Source: Balanoglossus misakiensis
Lineage: Eukaryota > Animalia > Hemichordata
Reading direction: 5' to 3'
Assembly (NCBI GenBank): GCA_040954595.2
Contig: CM082590.2
Coordinates: forward strand, 8,184,001-8,248,000
DNA length: 64,000 nt
The translations under genes were made by a program, and so were the position numbers. Below are positions 12,527 through 26,726 of the stretch, piece by piece (within the stretch, counting starts at the first letter, position 1; every line of letters starts with the position of its first letter). Under the pieces are notes generated by a model. The model did no database searches. It saw only the letters and a program-made list of their open reading frames with translations, and was not told the DNA's origin.

Positions 12527-13325
12527 GGTGAAGATATCGCTGTTCCAAAAATCTGTAAAAAACAAAAATAAAAACAAAATAATTAAAGTTTTCAAACAAT
12601 TTAATGATTAAATTATCCAGTTACCCAAGGAAAATATCCTCTGCCAAGCAATCATATAAAAGAATATTTTCACAATATTACAAAGTTATTTACAAAGTAT
12701 GATCATGTATGGACAAGGGCAGTGAACGTAGTACATATAGTGGACAAGTTGTGTATAACCTGATTATTCTACACAATTTTCGGGGTTAGATGGGATGTCA
12801 AATGTGGTACAATATTTTTATTTTCACAAAAGTTTCTTTATTTTTACCCTTAATTTTACATCAAGCGGGCAGAATTGTTCAATATCTGCTGGACTGAATC
12901 AACATTTTTGAGAAATAACAGAAAAATTTACGTGATTTTACAATTTTGTGAAAGATTACAAGTTGACTACCGTGAAAATGCAAATATGTGAAATTAGTCG
13001 CACTACAGATGAGCACACAGAACAATTAAGCAACCCACCTACCCAGAAAAGGACAGTGCATTTCTATAAACATTACCACAGACACAGATTCAGGTTACTG
13101 TAACGGCCGAGAGTGACATGGGCCGGTATTGTGCGTGTTTATTGTGTGTTGCCAGTCGGAATCAATGACTCATCTAAGATAGGCCTCAGATGATCCACTT
13201 TACAAAACTAATCATCGCTATGATTCATGTCACTGATATACGGTTCCCACATACCAAGGCGCTGTTTAACTACTTAGCATTGTCAACAGAGAGATTCACG
13301 ACCCAAAACCTTGTTCTTATGAATA

Positions 13326-13761
13326 TTAACCCTAATGCTGCCAAGTCAGTTGAAACTGGTTTGATTTCCAGGTTGCCTAGAATCCTGGCTCCCAGGCCTG
13401 TTAGACTGCCAAGTGCGTGTTAATCATAAGGGCCTATACAAGACCCTAAACCCTAATTCTGCCAAGTCAGTTGAAACTGGTTTGATTTCCAGGTTGCCTA
13501 GAATCCGGGCTCCCAGGCCTGTTAGGCTGCCAAGTGTGTGTTACTCAGTAGGGCCTATACAAGACCCTCAGACCAATACCAGTGCAAACCAGTACGATTT
13601 GGTACATTTTACGGGGGGCTCAGACTGCCAAGTGTGTCTAAGTACGTATGAGAGCCATGTCAAGACAGTCAAAATACATTTTAGAAGAAAAAGTGGCACA
13701 TACGTATTTTAAGGGACTTGACACTCTAAACAGGTATGAAACCCAGTAGCATTAGGGTTAA
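13326..13761 (+). mobile_element. About 436-bp piggyBac-like non-autonomous element with internal ~120-bp duplication
   Basis: TTAA-CCCTAATGCT...AGCATTAGGG-TTAA termini. Inverted copy at about 8391-8810 and truncated copy at 38497-38688. Confidence 0.78.
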
Positions 13762-14456
13762 TATAATTGCCCTTCATTCAATCATGAATATCCACTATGG
13801 ACTGTTCATGAGTTTTTACTTTCATTTCAAAATTGCCCAGGTTATGCAAAGTGCCATACTACGCCTAAGCTGTGAATTTTTCTACAAGGAGCTTCTTGAA
13901 TATTTGCGAAGTAGAATTCTTGCTCCAGAGAATTCCTTGATGTGGACTTCATCTATGTAGGAAAATTATTTCAGTGAATTAAAAAGAAACTTTATATCTA
14001 AAGTGTTTCACGTTTCAAGTTTGTCAACTAACTAAAAAAACTCAGCTAGATAACAATTACACCTCATAAATTTATTCTACATTTATTGCCATAAAATCGA
14101 TCATACATGCAGTTATTTAGCAAACACTCTAAGTTCTTGTGTCTCAAGTGTCCTGCCACTGACTGCCACAGCTCTGTTGTCAGACACACAGGTATGCATA
14201 GCATTGTTCGGAGATGACCTCTGACCTTAAATCCGGCTAACAAGGAACAAACACACCCATAATTCTCACAGGAGGAAATAACCTGATAAGGTGAGCCTCC
14301 CTAGACTGGGCTTTTCTGAATCATGCTAATTTGCATGTAATATACTCTGTGTTACCACTGACCAGCAGTGATGCACCTAAAGTGTCTTTAAACAGTAAGA
14401 TAGAGAGGTCCTGTTGCCAACTGTTGCTGTGTCTCTGAGAGCTGACGCACATTAAA

Positions 14457-16685
14457 ATGGCTGCTGCAAAAGAAGGTAGAATTCTCCAAGAAATCGGAGA
14501 GGATTTCCTGTGCTGTACCATCTGTCTGGAGTTCTTTAAATCTCCTAAAATTCTACCATGTCTGCATACATTCTGTCAGCCGTGTTTGGTCACTCTGGCT
14601 GGAAGGTCAAGATCATTCAGGTGCCCAGAATGCAGAGAGCGATATCCTGTTGGCAATATTTCAACTTTGAAAAACAATTTCTTCATGGCGAATTTGGTGG
14701 ACATATTCAAGCAACGACTGCAGTCCATGCAGGGAAGATCAGAAACAATGTCCGGAGCAGCAGCGATCAAGTGTGAAGGTTGCCAAGAGAATACAGCCAC
14801 TCACAGGTGTGTAGAGTGTCAACATTATCTCTGTAAAAGCTGTGTTAAGGCCCACAGAAATCTACCACTCACAAAGAAACACAGAGTTTTGACCATTGAA
14901 GAATATGAAACAGCAAAGTCAACCAATCCTGCAACATTAAAAGCAGTAGAATATTGCAGTGTCCACACCAAGAATGAAATCAAATTCTACTGTGAAACCT
15001 GTCAGGTGTCTGTCTGTACAGACTGTACAATAGTCAAACACCGCATACCAGAACATGTACACAGAGACTTGAAAGATGCAGCAGATGAGTATCTGAGAGA
15101 CTTGAAAGTCATGGTGGACAAACTGAAAGTGAAAGAACAGGGAACTGAAAAGAACAAAAGCCAAGCCAAGCAGGTACACAGTGATCTTACAGAGAAGCAT
15201 AAGAAAGAAGAAAGGAAGGTGAGAATGAAAGCAGAAGAAATCATCAACAAAGTAAAGAGAGAAGAGCAGAGACTGGTAGATGAGCTGAATGAAAGTTACA
15301 AACTGACAATAAAAACAGCAGCTGTGGACATTGATGAGTTGGAATTAAAACATGGTAACATTAAGAGTACATGCAGTTATATTGAAACACTGATGCATCA
15401 TGGGAATGCTGCTCAACTTCTCTCAACCAAGGCTGATGCAGAACATCGCATCAATCAACTTATTGCCATGGAAACAAAACAACAGCTCCAAGTGCAACAT
15501 ATAGAGTTGAAACCAAGTGGTGCATTTAATGAGCGAGGAATTCTGGGAGAGATTATTACTCCTCTTGATGTCTGTATCTCAAAGTGTACAGTTGAAAACA
15601 TTCCAAAACAACTTCTGAAAGGTGACTCTGCACACCTGCTGATCACAACCAGAGATTCCACAGGAAAACAAGTCATCCCAAATCAACCAGTGAAAGCCAA
15701 GGTAAGAAAGCCTGATGCATCATGGGAAGACATCAAAGTATCAGATAACAGAGATGGTACACACAGAGTGACAGTGAATGGACAAATGGATGGGAAGTAT
15801 CAAGTTGCCATGACAATAGGAGATCAGGCAATACCAGGCTCTCCTGTCATCATACCTGTCATCAGAGGATTGGTTCAAACCATTGGCAGTCTAGGAAGTG
15901 CTGAGGGACAGTTCAACTATCCCTGGAGTGTGGCCATAAACAAAGAAAAAGACATTGTCACTGCTGATACAGACAATAACAGACTACAAATAACCACCAG
16001 AGAGGGCAGAGTGAAGAGAATCTTGAAATTTAAACAATTTGACAAACCTTTCAGGCCATGTGACATAACTATATCAAGTGATAATACACACTATAGTTTA
16101 GATAACAACAATAAGCAAGTAGTTGTCAGTGATGAGAATGGACGTGTCATCAGATGCTTTGGACAGAAGGAGCTGAAGACTCCATATGGGATATCTATCA
16201 GCCCTGTCAATGGTCATGTCTATGTGACAGACGCGGATGGGCAATGTGTCAGGATTTATACACAACATGGCAAGTATATTAGGTCATTTGGGTCAGAGGG
16301 TAAAGGCCAGGGGAAATTTGATTGGCCCTGGGGAATAGTAGTGGGAAGAAGTGGGATGGTGTTTGTAGCAGATTCTGACAATAAGCGCATCCAGGTGTTC
16401 AGTTCAGATGACCAGTATTTGTATTCCTTTGGTTGTCAGAGTGGGGTTGGTCAGCTGAGACACCCCATGGGAATAATCATTGAGAATGATAAATATGTGT
16501 ATGTTAGTACTAGCTGCCCTAGTAGCATACTGAAGTTTGAGAGTGGTGGTAAGTTTGTTTGTCGTATTGACAGTGATGGGGATAAGCTGAACAGCCCCAC
16601 TGGTCTGGCACTGACAGATGATGCACCTTGCAGGGTGGTTGTAGCTGATGCGCGCAACGACTGCATCAAAGTGTTTGTACAGTGA
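14457..16685 (+). CDS. TRIM-NHL E3 ubiquitin ligase (RING, B-box1, B-box2, coiled coil, filamin, NHL repeats); TRIM2/3/71-like; intronless CDS
   Basis: 742-aa ORF with a C3HC4 RING (CTICLE...PCLHTFCQPC...CPEC), B-boxes (CEGC...CVEC...C..C...H; CSVH...FYCETC...VCTDC...H), a coiled coil, a filamin repeat (DNRDGTHRV...GSP) and NHL repeats (GQFNYPWSVA, GKFDWPWGI, LNSPTGLA). Confidence 0.93.
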   Translation: MAAAKEGRILQEIGEDFLCCTICLEFFKSPKILPCLHTFCQPCLVTLAGRSRSFRCPECRERYPVGNISTLKNNFFMANLVDIFKQRLQSMQGRSETMSGAAAIKCEGCQENTATHRCVECQHYLCKSCVKAHRNLPLTKKHRVLTIEEYETAKSTNPATLKAVEYCSVHTKNEIKFYCETCQVSVCTDCTIVKHRIPEHVHRDLKDAADEYLRDLKVMVDKLKVKEQGTEKNKSQAKQVHSDLTEKHKKEERKVRMKAEEIINKVKREEQRLVDELNESYKLTIKTAAVDIDELELKHGNIKSTCSYIETLMHHGNAAQLLSTKADAEHRINQLIAMETKQQLQVQHIELKPSGAFNERGILGEIITPLDVCISKCTVENIPKQLLKGDSAHLLITTRDSTGKQVIPNQPVKAKVRKPDASWEDIKVSDNRDGTHRVTVNGQMDGKYQVAMTIGDQAIPGSPVIIPVIRGLVQTIGSLGSAEGQFNYPWSVAINKEKDIVTADTDNNRLQITTREGRVKRILKFKQFDKPFRPCDITISSDNTHYSLDNNNKQVVVSDENGRVIRCFGQKELKTPYGISISPVNGHVYVTDADGQCVRIYTQHGKYIRSFGSEGKGQGKFDWPWGIVVGRSGMVFVADSDNKRIQVFSSDDQYLYSFGCQSGVGQLRHPMGIIIENDKYVYVSTSCPSSILKFESGGKFVCRIDSDGDKLNSPTGLALTDDAPCRVVVADARNDCIKVFVQ

Positions 16686-17799
16686 CACTCAAACATCACA
16701 AGATGAAGCAGACTATCACATGACGAGAAATTCTTGTTATGAGAGACCGTAACCCTTGTCCATGTACTCACAGATCTTAAATGATTATAATTATTTGAGT
16801 TCTCAAATTCTGCAATATCATTTTTGTGTCAGGAAGTGACATTTCAGAAATCTTGTAGTTTTTTATTTGTTTTTCAGAAACAATATTTTAATATGCATAT
16901 CAGTATTTTGGTCCGGTTATTTCCTTAGAGTTTTTCCTCTTTCAGTTCAATTATCAAAACAAAATATATTGTACTATCGAATATAATGTCACAAAGATAT
17001 CCCTTCATCAATATTGTATTTAGAGTGAGAATTCCAAATATCAAGTTTATATTGTAAATATCATGTTTATCCTGTATGTTTCAATCAGATCATGTTTGAC
17101 ATAGTAAATATCATGTTTAACATAGTATGTTATCTGACAGGATTCTGCTGTCTCTTAAAATTTGATTCTCGTTTTAGACATCACAGTCACATTTGGAAGT
17201 GAAAACATGTTTTACTGAAAACGAGATATTTTATATCAATTTCAAACAGTACATTTTTGATCACTGGTTCCTGTTTGATCATGAATATAAAACACAATTA
17301 TTAAAATTTTATCATTCATGCTATTACACACATAAAAGACATTGAGTGAAATGTTGCAAAGTATTTGGCAATGATATATTTGGGTTCTTTAAACACATGA
17401 TAATTTCATTTTTGAAGTTCCTAGTTAGACTGAACTTTTTTCAACTACAAAAATTGTTAATTGCTTTTGGAATATTTTCCACCAGTACCTGCAATGGCAA
17501 GGCGATTAACCAGTTTGTGAAAAAAAAAATATTTTGAAAAAAAAAAAAAACAGTTTGAGTTTTGAAGTTAAGTTGATTTTATGATTATAGTGTGTTCATT
17601 GGGGTTAAAATGTAAGGTGAGTTTTGCTGTACTTTTGATGTATTATGGTAACATAAATGTAATTTAAAATAAAAATTTGATTGACAAATGAACACGTTTT
17701 TTTTCTATGTGTGTTGCACAATCACATGTGTTCAAATCAACAGGTGAAAATACCGTTCAAACAAAAAAAAAAAAATTTAAAATATTTAAAAGCAAGATA

Positions 17800-18080
17800 G
17801 ATACCTTTGCGTTTACTGCAGAATCTTGAACTTGCCATTGAAAATGAAGTCAGTATTTTAGATGTGAAAGCTGAAAACTCAACAAGATGTTTGTTTCCCC
17901 CACCTGGGCTATTTATAGCCTATGATGTCATAGGGAATTCCCAGGTTTCTGGCTTCACTTCCTGGGCCCAGAAACTCACTGCAATATACACTGAGTGACC
18001 GCAAGTAACCTTTCGTAGGTGACCTTGACCTTAGACATTTGGAATATCAGCCAAGTATGAGTCACTGGGAGAAACTGAAC
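17800..18080 (-). promoter_or_regulatory. Candidate inducible promoter/enhancer module
   Basis: TATAAA/MEF2 CTATTTATAG at 17909-17918, TGATGTCA at 17923, GGGAATTCCC at 17933, CACTTCCTG at about 17956 and TGAGTCA at 18058. Confidence 0.45.
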
Positions 18081-19537
18081 CGTTTGTGAAATATACCTGA
18101 ACAATAAGACGTATCTATGTGAATGAATCATTCGCTGAACCTCAGGGTACGGTAGTAACAATGATTATGAATGGAAGAATCGACTACAGCTTGATGCTGA
18201 TCCTGAATCTAATTTCGATTCCCCAGCAAGGCTCGTGATTGGTCAAACATGAAGGAGTCACACCCTATAGTCGGATTAGTATTTAGACTGCAGACAACAA
18301 GTGACCTGAATTACTAAGTGAGGCATCTTGACCTGGAAACACAGTAATTGTGGAATTCAACGAAAACTGGAAATGCTGAAAAAAGTTGACCTGCAGGAAC
18401 AGTAAAATGCCGTGTGGTTTTTTATACATGCAAGGGGCAAGTTTTCAAATACTGGTGACTTTTTTATGATATGAAAGTATGCACTACAGTATAGTGTTAA
18501 AAATCATAGGATGTCGTGTATACAGGTTGATACATACACACGCCAATTTTATCTGCAGTTTTATTATACAGACACAAACCCATCTATGACAGCAATTATT
18601 CTGTCCAATACCCCATGCATGCCCCCCCCCCCCAAAAAAAAAAATCCACACTAACTAAAAACCTCCCCTCAGCATCCAACCAATCACTTTTGACAATTAC
18701 ACATACCCATCCCCAGTGTTTCATCTAGACCGGGGGATGGGGGTATTCACCCCCTGTTGACATGTTAGCCCCCCCCCCCCCTTAGGAATTTGTCAAGTGG
18801 GGACCAGTGCCCCTTAAAATGATGTCATTCACATGGTTAAGATATGTCACCCAATAAGCACCAAACTTAAACTCACACCCTATCCTCGCCCAGACATACA
18901 CCCATGGATCTAAAACTCGCATGTATACCTCCCACATATAGATTCCCCACAACAACCAAATCAGCCACCCCCCTAAATCACACACCCTCCCAAACCAACC
19001 CCATTAATTACCCCCTCACCCCAACCCCCCCCCCCTGCATACACACACACACACACACACGCACACAACACCACACCCACCTACCTTGCCATTCACAGCA
19101 AGACATTGTCGAACGCACAGCGTACACACATACACCCGGCAGAATTACCATACTACGACAGTCCATCCAGACACTAAATGATGTCCCGGCGAAACTTGCT
19201 TTGCATAAATAATGACCCTAACACAACCCACATACTGACACAGGCCACGTTCTAAACATCACAATTTAATTTCCAATTATAATTTATATCTGAACTTCCA
19301 TTTTCATTTCAGACTACATCAAGTGCTCGATAATCTGATATTCACAAATTGTCGGACGGCACAAAAAAATCATGAAGTGTATGCCACATATATTTTTATC
19401 AGTGAAGGTTCTAGTGTTATTTCTTGCAAATTCATTGACGGGGGCTGGACAGTCACATGATGTACGGAAAGCATACGTGCTTGGACCTCAAAAACGTCAA
19501 CGCAACACCTGCAGTGCAGACATGCTCGTAGAGGAAT

Positions 19538-19753
19538 TACTGTAAAACGGGTTATTTTCACGAGCAATAAATTTTCAGGAAATACTCAAGAGCCAAAATA
19601 TTATAAGTAAATAAAAAGTCACGTAAAATGTTTTTCTGAGATAACGATGCAGTTAGTGAAATATGTGAACGCAAAAAATTAATCCTCGCGTAACAGTTGC
19701 CTCTTTTGATAATGCGAAAATATCCTGGGGCGAAAATAACACGTTTTACAGTA
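19538..19753. mobile_element. TA-flanked TIR MITE (Tc1/mariner-pogo type)
   Basis: TACTGTAAAACGGGTTATTTTC...GAAAATAACACGTTTTACAGTA. Confidence 0.7.
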
Positions 19754-20640
19754 TCTCGACACAGACACTAGTCTTAGTATACATTGAAGGAGTTATTTCC
19801 CATGACAATAGCTACATTACCATCAAAGACAATGCATCGTTCGCACGTCTGTCAAAATCTGAGATCTCCACGTCTTGGGAATTTTTCACAATAATTTAAC
19901 CCTATTACCCCTATTTCCCTCTATATAGAGGTGGCCACCTTTATCAAAGAAAGCAAAGAATTCGAATCACACCATGGCAGCAGGGAAGGGGTAAAAAGCA
20001 ACTGACTAAAATTTTACAATCTGGAATATCATCAATAATCTCAATTCTGTCGTCTTTTCCCAGTATGCAAATGTTCACAGCATCGACTATTTTAGTCTTA
20101 GGCCACTGGTTTGCTGATGCTACAAAAATTTTGCAGTCTGCAAATTTTCACAGCAACCTCAATAATTTTACTCTATATGACTTGCCATGCTACGATAATT
20201 TCCATTCCTCTAGGGACACATATAACACAACTACCTCAGTCAGACAAGCAATATAAAAAAGTGTGTCAGTCGCTTAAAATGTCGGTCACACTACTACACT
20301 CTACTACGAGTGACAAGTCTTGAAGACAAGCATCTTAATTTAACGACCGTTATACACAGAGCTCCACGCAGTCTAGACACCGAGCAGACGAGACTAACAG
20401 ATCCATATCCCATGATGCACTACTACTATTACTACAGTTGGAGATACAAATTCTAACCACAGCTACTCTGGTCAGGGGGTGGCGCTCCTAGGAGAAATGA
20501 CTACAGGGGGTGGCGCTCCTAGGAGAAATGACTATCCATGCCTCTCCTCAAAATATTAATCCTCTTTTTAAAAAGACTGATTTGTAGATACTGGAAGTGC
20601 ATGACTATCTACACGGTATAGGTACCAGGTTGCAGTTATC

Positions 20641-20793
20641 ATAGACCACTTCGCGGGTAGAATAACGCAGGGGGTTGTGGGACAGTTTGCGTTCCGATCG
20701 CGTGACTTAGTCATGTGCAATGTACTAGACGCTATGTTGAACGCAAATTATACCATCATGCATTGCAGATACCCTATCCGCCAAGTGGTCTAT
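20641..20793. mobile_element. Short TIR MITE (TAG...CTA ends, possibly Academ-like)
   Basis: ATAGACCACTT.GCGG.TAG...CTATCCGCCAAGTGGTCTAT inverted termini. Confidence 0.55.
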
Positions 20794-22289
20794 GGTCAGT
20801 GACTGCAGTATGAGAAACTACAAGTTCGCAGTGAAAGTTTGTCACCTTTCAGCCAAAACAGGATTAAAAACCAGTCTTTTCTGATACTTTTCAGCAAAAA
20901 TACACCCTTTTTGAAAAACGAATCTAGGTCCAACTGCCTGCAGTCCAAGAAAATTGCTGGTACAGGTACTAACAAGTAAATAAAGGGCTAAATTGATCTA
21001 TATTTTTTTCACCTTTAAATACATAAAAATTATCCACAATTCAATGAAAACACCTATCAAATTTAAAATCATTAAAAAAAGGAACAAATACTTTCAATGA
21101 CTGCTAATCACATGATTTTCTACATTAAAACTTGTTCCCTTTGATTAATGAAGAAAACAAACACTATGTGAATGAAATTTCTATTAATACAAGTGATTGC
21201 AATCATTTCTATGTATAGCCGTCCGTGTGTGTTGCTGTCTTATACCAGTGTTCTCCCCAGGAATTTCTGACAGTGTAGTGGCTAATTTGCATTACAATGT
21301 AAACTATTGTTATGTTAATGAAGTTCTATTGTCTTTTCAATATTAAATAGAGAGGACACTGTAAGTATGTAGAATGTGAAGTAAGATTGTGTGTGTGTGT
21401 GTCACAGTGTGTGTGTGTTTGTGTTCATGCAAATCAAGTATGCCTGGACTCAAGTATGTAAGACCTGTCACCATGGAAACCAGCAGACTACAAGATCCCA
21501 TATGTAGCATAACAGCTATTATTATCAATTTCAGTATTTTCAGAAATGTGATTAGGTTTTTGTTACTTATTACATGTGAATTTCAATTGACCTTTTCATC
21601 ATAGTTCTCTCAGTAGAGATCCTAATTTATCATAGTAAACAATAAATTTGGACCAAAACTACGAATTAATGTGATTATTGACAGACAGGAAGTTGCCTAT
21701 AGGACAGGGAGATATATGTAGCATGATGTGACAAGGATTCGGGTATTTCCTAAAGACGGACAACCCATCTGATTCGAATGCACTATATGACCTATGAGCT
21801 GAACAGTATGTGTGCGGAAGTCTAGGTCATGTACAAATTTCATCAATATTTTCGTTTCTTTAGACGGCCAACGCCTATTAGTACTACATACGCATTTGTG
21901 TATTATTCCTCTGTGTTTATGTGAGGAAAATCGTGAGTGAATTAAACCATACGGTGAGATTATCAGCTTAGGTATGTCAATGTAAAGAAACTTGCAGGTA
22001 TTAACAGGTAGAGAGGGGAGCCATTTTGACCGCCAACGTCGGTCACCACGACACCAAAATCCGCCGACATTTCGGACTGATTTAACCACACGCGGGCGAA
22101 AATTCACACACCCCGTGTAACTACCCTTCCGTATGTCGACGAATCGATCGGCATTGCCGCTATTTTCGCCGGAAAAACGTGGAAAAGAACGATTGCTAGT
22201 CGAGCTGTCAGCCGCCTTCAACAGTCAAAATACAGCTTCAAGCGACCAACAACAGACGACGCAATCGACTGTTTTCCACGTCTGACACG

Positions 22290-22560
22290 GCATCAACGGC
22301 CGCCATTTTCGTAGTACGGCCACTACAACATTCATTCATGTCGAAATCACATGGTTTATCTTAAGGTGAGTGAGTACGTTGAAAAAAATCAGCCATGTTT
22401 TCGATGACTAAGACTTACCTCGTCAGTTACGAAGACAGGAGAACCACGTTGATGGCCAAAGATGACGCGATGGGCTATTTTAGTAGGAATGACGTCACTG
22501 GGAATTCGCATACGTCATATGCATGTATAATTAATCGACCACACCCACATACCGTCAGGA
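22290..22560 (-). promoter_or_regulatory. Probable main promoter of the ATF gene (CpG-rich, CRE-containing)
   Basis: CpG-rich block from 22020 to 22560, perfect CRE TGACGTCA at 22490-22497, several CGTCA half sites, and YY1-like CGCCATTTT at about 22301. Candidate minus-strand donors near 22124 and 22418. Confidence 0.5.
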
Positions 22561-23094
22561 AGTTCAACTCAACCATAGAGGGCGCATGAAATAGGCTTTT
22601 TCAGTAGGGTGCTTTTTATCACTGAAAATGCGTGTTTTTTGCACTTTTATTACAATTAATTCAATGACAAGTTTATCACAATGAAGGAAACCTGATATGC
22701 AAGAATGGTAAGCAGGTTTGCTTGCTTCTTGAAGAATTGTCATATCTTGGCTCAATGTTTTATCACACGAGTTTCTATAGGATTTTGTTCATTTTAAAGC
22801 ACATAAATTTTGTTCACCAAGGTTTCCAAGGCATCTAATTACCTGAATGTATTTGCACATTGTTCATACTGTGAAGACAGTTCCAGGGGAACACATATAA
22901 AGGTGGTTTTGCCATGTGAATTGTACATACACGTGTGTGTGTATGAGTTCATATACATGTAGAATATGTGTATGCGTGAGAGGGGTACAAACCAAAGAAT
23001 GACAGGAGAGTTATTTGTGGCCAAGGATCGTATTCTTTTAATATCACATTTGTAATACAGTGCCAAAATAAAAGAGGTCATATGTCAATCCCAA

Positions 23095-25244
<2,150 letters not shown>

Positions 25245-25262
25245 GTTGAACGAAAGGACTTG
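25245..25262 (-). promoter_or_regulatory. Probable TCT/5'TOP start of RPL23
   Basis: Pyrimidine tract (T)CCTTTCGTTC immediately upstream of the ATG, as expected for ribosomal protein mRNAs. Confidence 0.6.
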
Positions 25263-25978
25263 ATACGGTGTGCGCAGGTGCAAATCAACTTTAATGAGGG
25301 CGCACTTCTTATCAAGCACGCCATGTGCGACACAGTAGGGCTGACATACACGTACTTCGTTTTCAACAAGAAACTTTTCAACTATTTTATTCAAACAGTG
25401 CAGTACCCAACGACTTTTACCAGTCTTTATTCTTAGGGATACGATTTAGTTAACAGGTACGGCAGACAAACTTGCGTTGCCAAACTAAATGTGGAAGGCA
25501 CAACGAATTGCCAACCAGCGTTTGTTTTGTTCTCATGGATTTCAACACTTGCCCGAAAAGAAGTTTTCAAAACTAAGTGGGATTGCATATCAGTGACTGG
25601 TATGGGCGTGTGGACTATCTCACGCCAACGCAACTATATACGGCACGAAGTGAAAGTAAAAGTGGTCCATGGTATAATATACGTGTCACGGTGGGTGATT
25701 CATGCGACATCTATACTCAATGAAAGTGTTATAGGCCATAATTCCGCCTGGTCGTGTCAATGTTCGGGTCGCGCGGCCGGAATTATAAGTCAGTAGTGGA
25801 ATATTGTACATTATATTATACCAGTATATTGATGGTGTAAATCACGCTATTTGATTGGTCGAGACACGACACGTGACCGTGATATATTAGCCATATACCA
25901 CAGTCATATATCATAGTCAAAGAAAATGCCTTTTTAAAATGTTTTATGCAAAGTTTCAATATACTGGCATAATATAAT

Positions 25979-26121
25979 AGCAATAAAACACCCCCAGCCA
26001 TGGTATACCACTCGATTTTGACCAGTTCAACTCCATATACGCACTCGCTATCGCTCGTGCGTATATGTCGTGAACTGGTCAAAATCTCGTGGTATACCAT
26101 GGCTGGGGGTGTTTTATTGCT
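25979..26121. repeat. Long imperfect palindrome (about 143 bp), probably the end of a non-autonomous element
   Basis: AGCAATAAAACACCCCCAGCCATGGTATACCAC...GTGGTATACCATGGCTGGGGGTGTTTTATTGCT with inner arms around CTCGCTATCGCTCG. Confidence 0.85.
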
Positions 26122-26562
26122 TAAATATCATCAAAATATGACTGAATGTCACAAGATGATACTAGCTTGGTTGTATCATGAGCATGAGTAACTGTAATGA
26201 CATGTACGCTTAGCCTTCCTAGGAGTACTGTACTTTTTTAAAGCCTAGGTCTCCCTAATCTATCTGGCGTGATATACAAACTTCCATCAGTTACTTCTAA
26301 GTGATTTGATCTTTTGGACTGGAAGCGTAAGCTATAAGTTCTCCGTAACATGACATCTAGAATAGGGTAGGGTGGACAAGAACGTGTCTTATCGGGTTGA
26401 GTTGTGGCGCAACTCAAGGGGAAAGGGGTCCGGCGGAGAAGACGTTTGATGCGTTCAAGTGTCTTTGATTGACAGGTATAGATTTGGACAGGGGTAGGCC
26501 AGGTTATCGATCGTATTATACAACTAAAGAATTCGGAGTATTGCCGTGTTGATCTTCGGTAC

Positions 26563-26726
26563 AATATGCAATAAAGTTCTGTAGCACTCTTTGATCAACA
26601 GTTAAATTTCAGTTGTAAGCTCATCATTCCACGACTGCATCTGAAGAAGGGGACTACATGTTCCCGAAAGCTTATGCTGAAATTTAACTGTTGATCAAAG
26701 AGTGCTACAGAACTTTATTGCATATT
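26563..26726. repeat. Foldback element with about 50-bp perfect inverted repeats
   Basis: AATATGCAATAAAGTTCTGTAGCACTCTTTGATCAACAGTTAAATTTCAG and its exact reverse complement about 65 bp downstream. Confidence 0.88.

Noticed and set aside
13326-13345. TAACCCTAA as interstitial telomeric repeat
   Set aside because: Single unit forming the TTAA-CCCT terminus of a transposon.
21697-22221. 174-aa minus-strand ORF
   Set aside because: No recognisable domain, non-ATG start, and it lies in the CpG-rich presumptive ATF 5' region.
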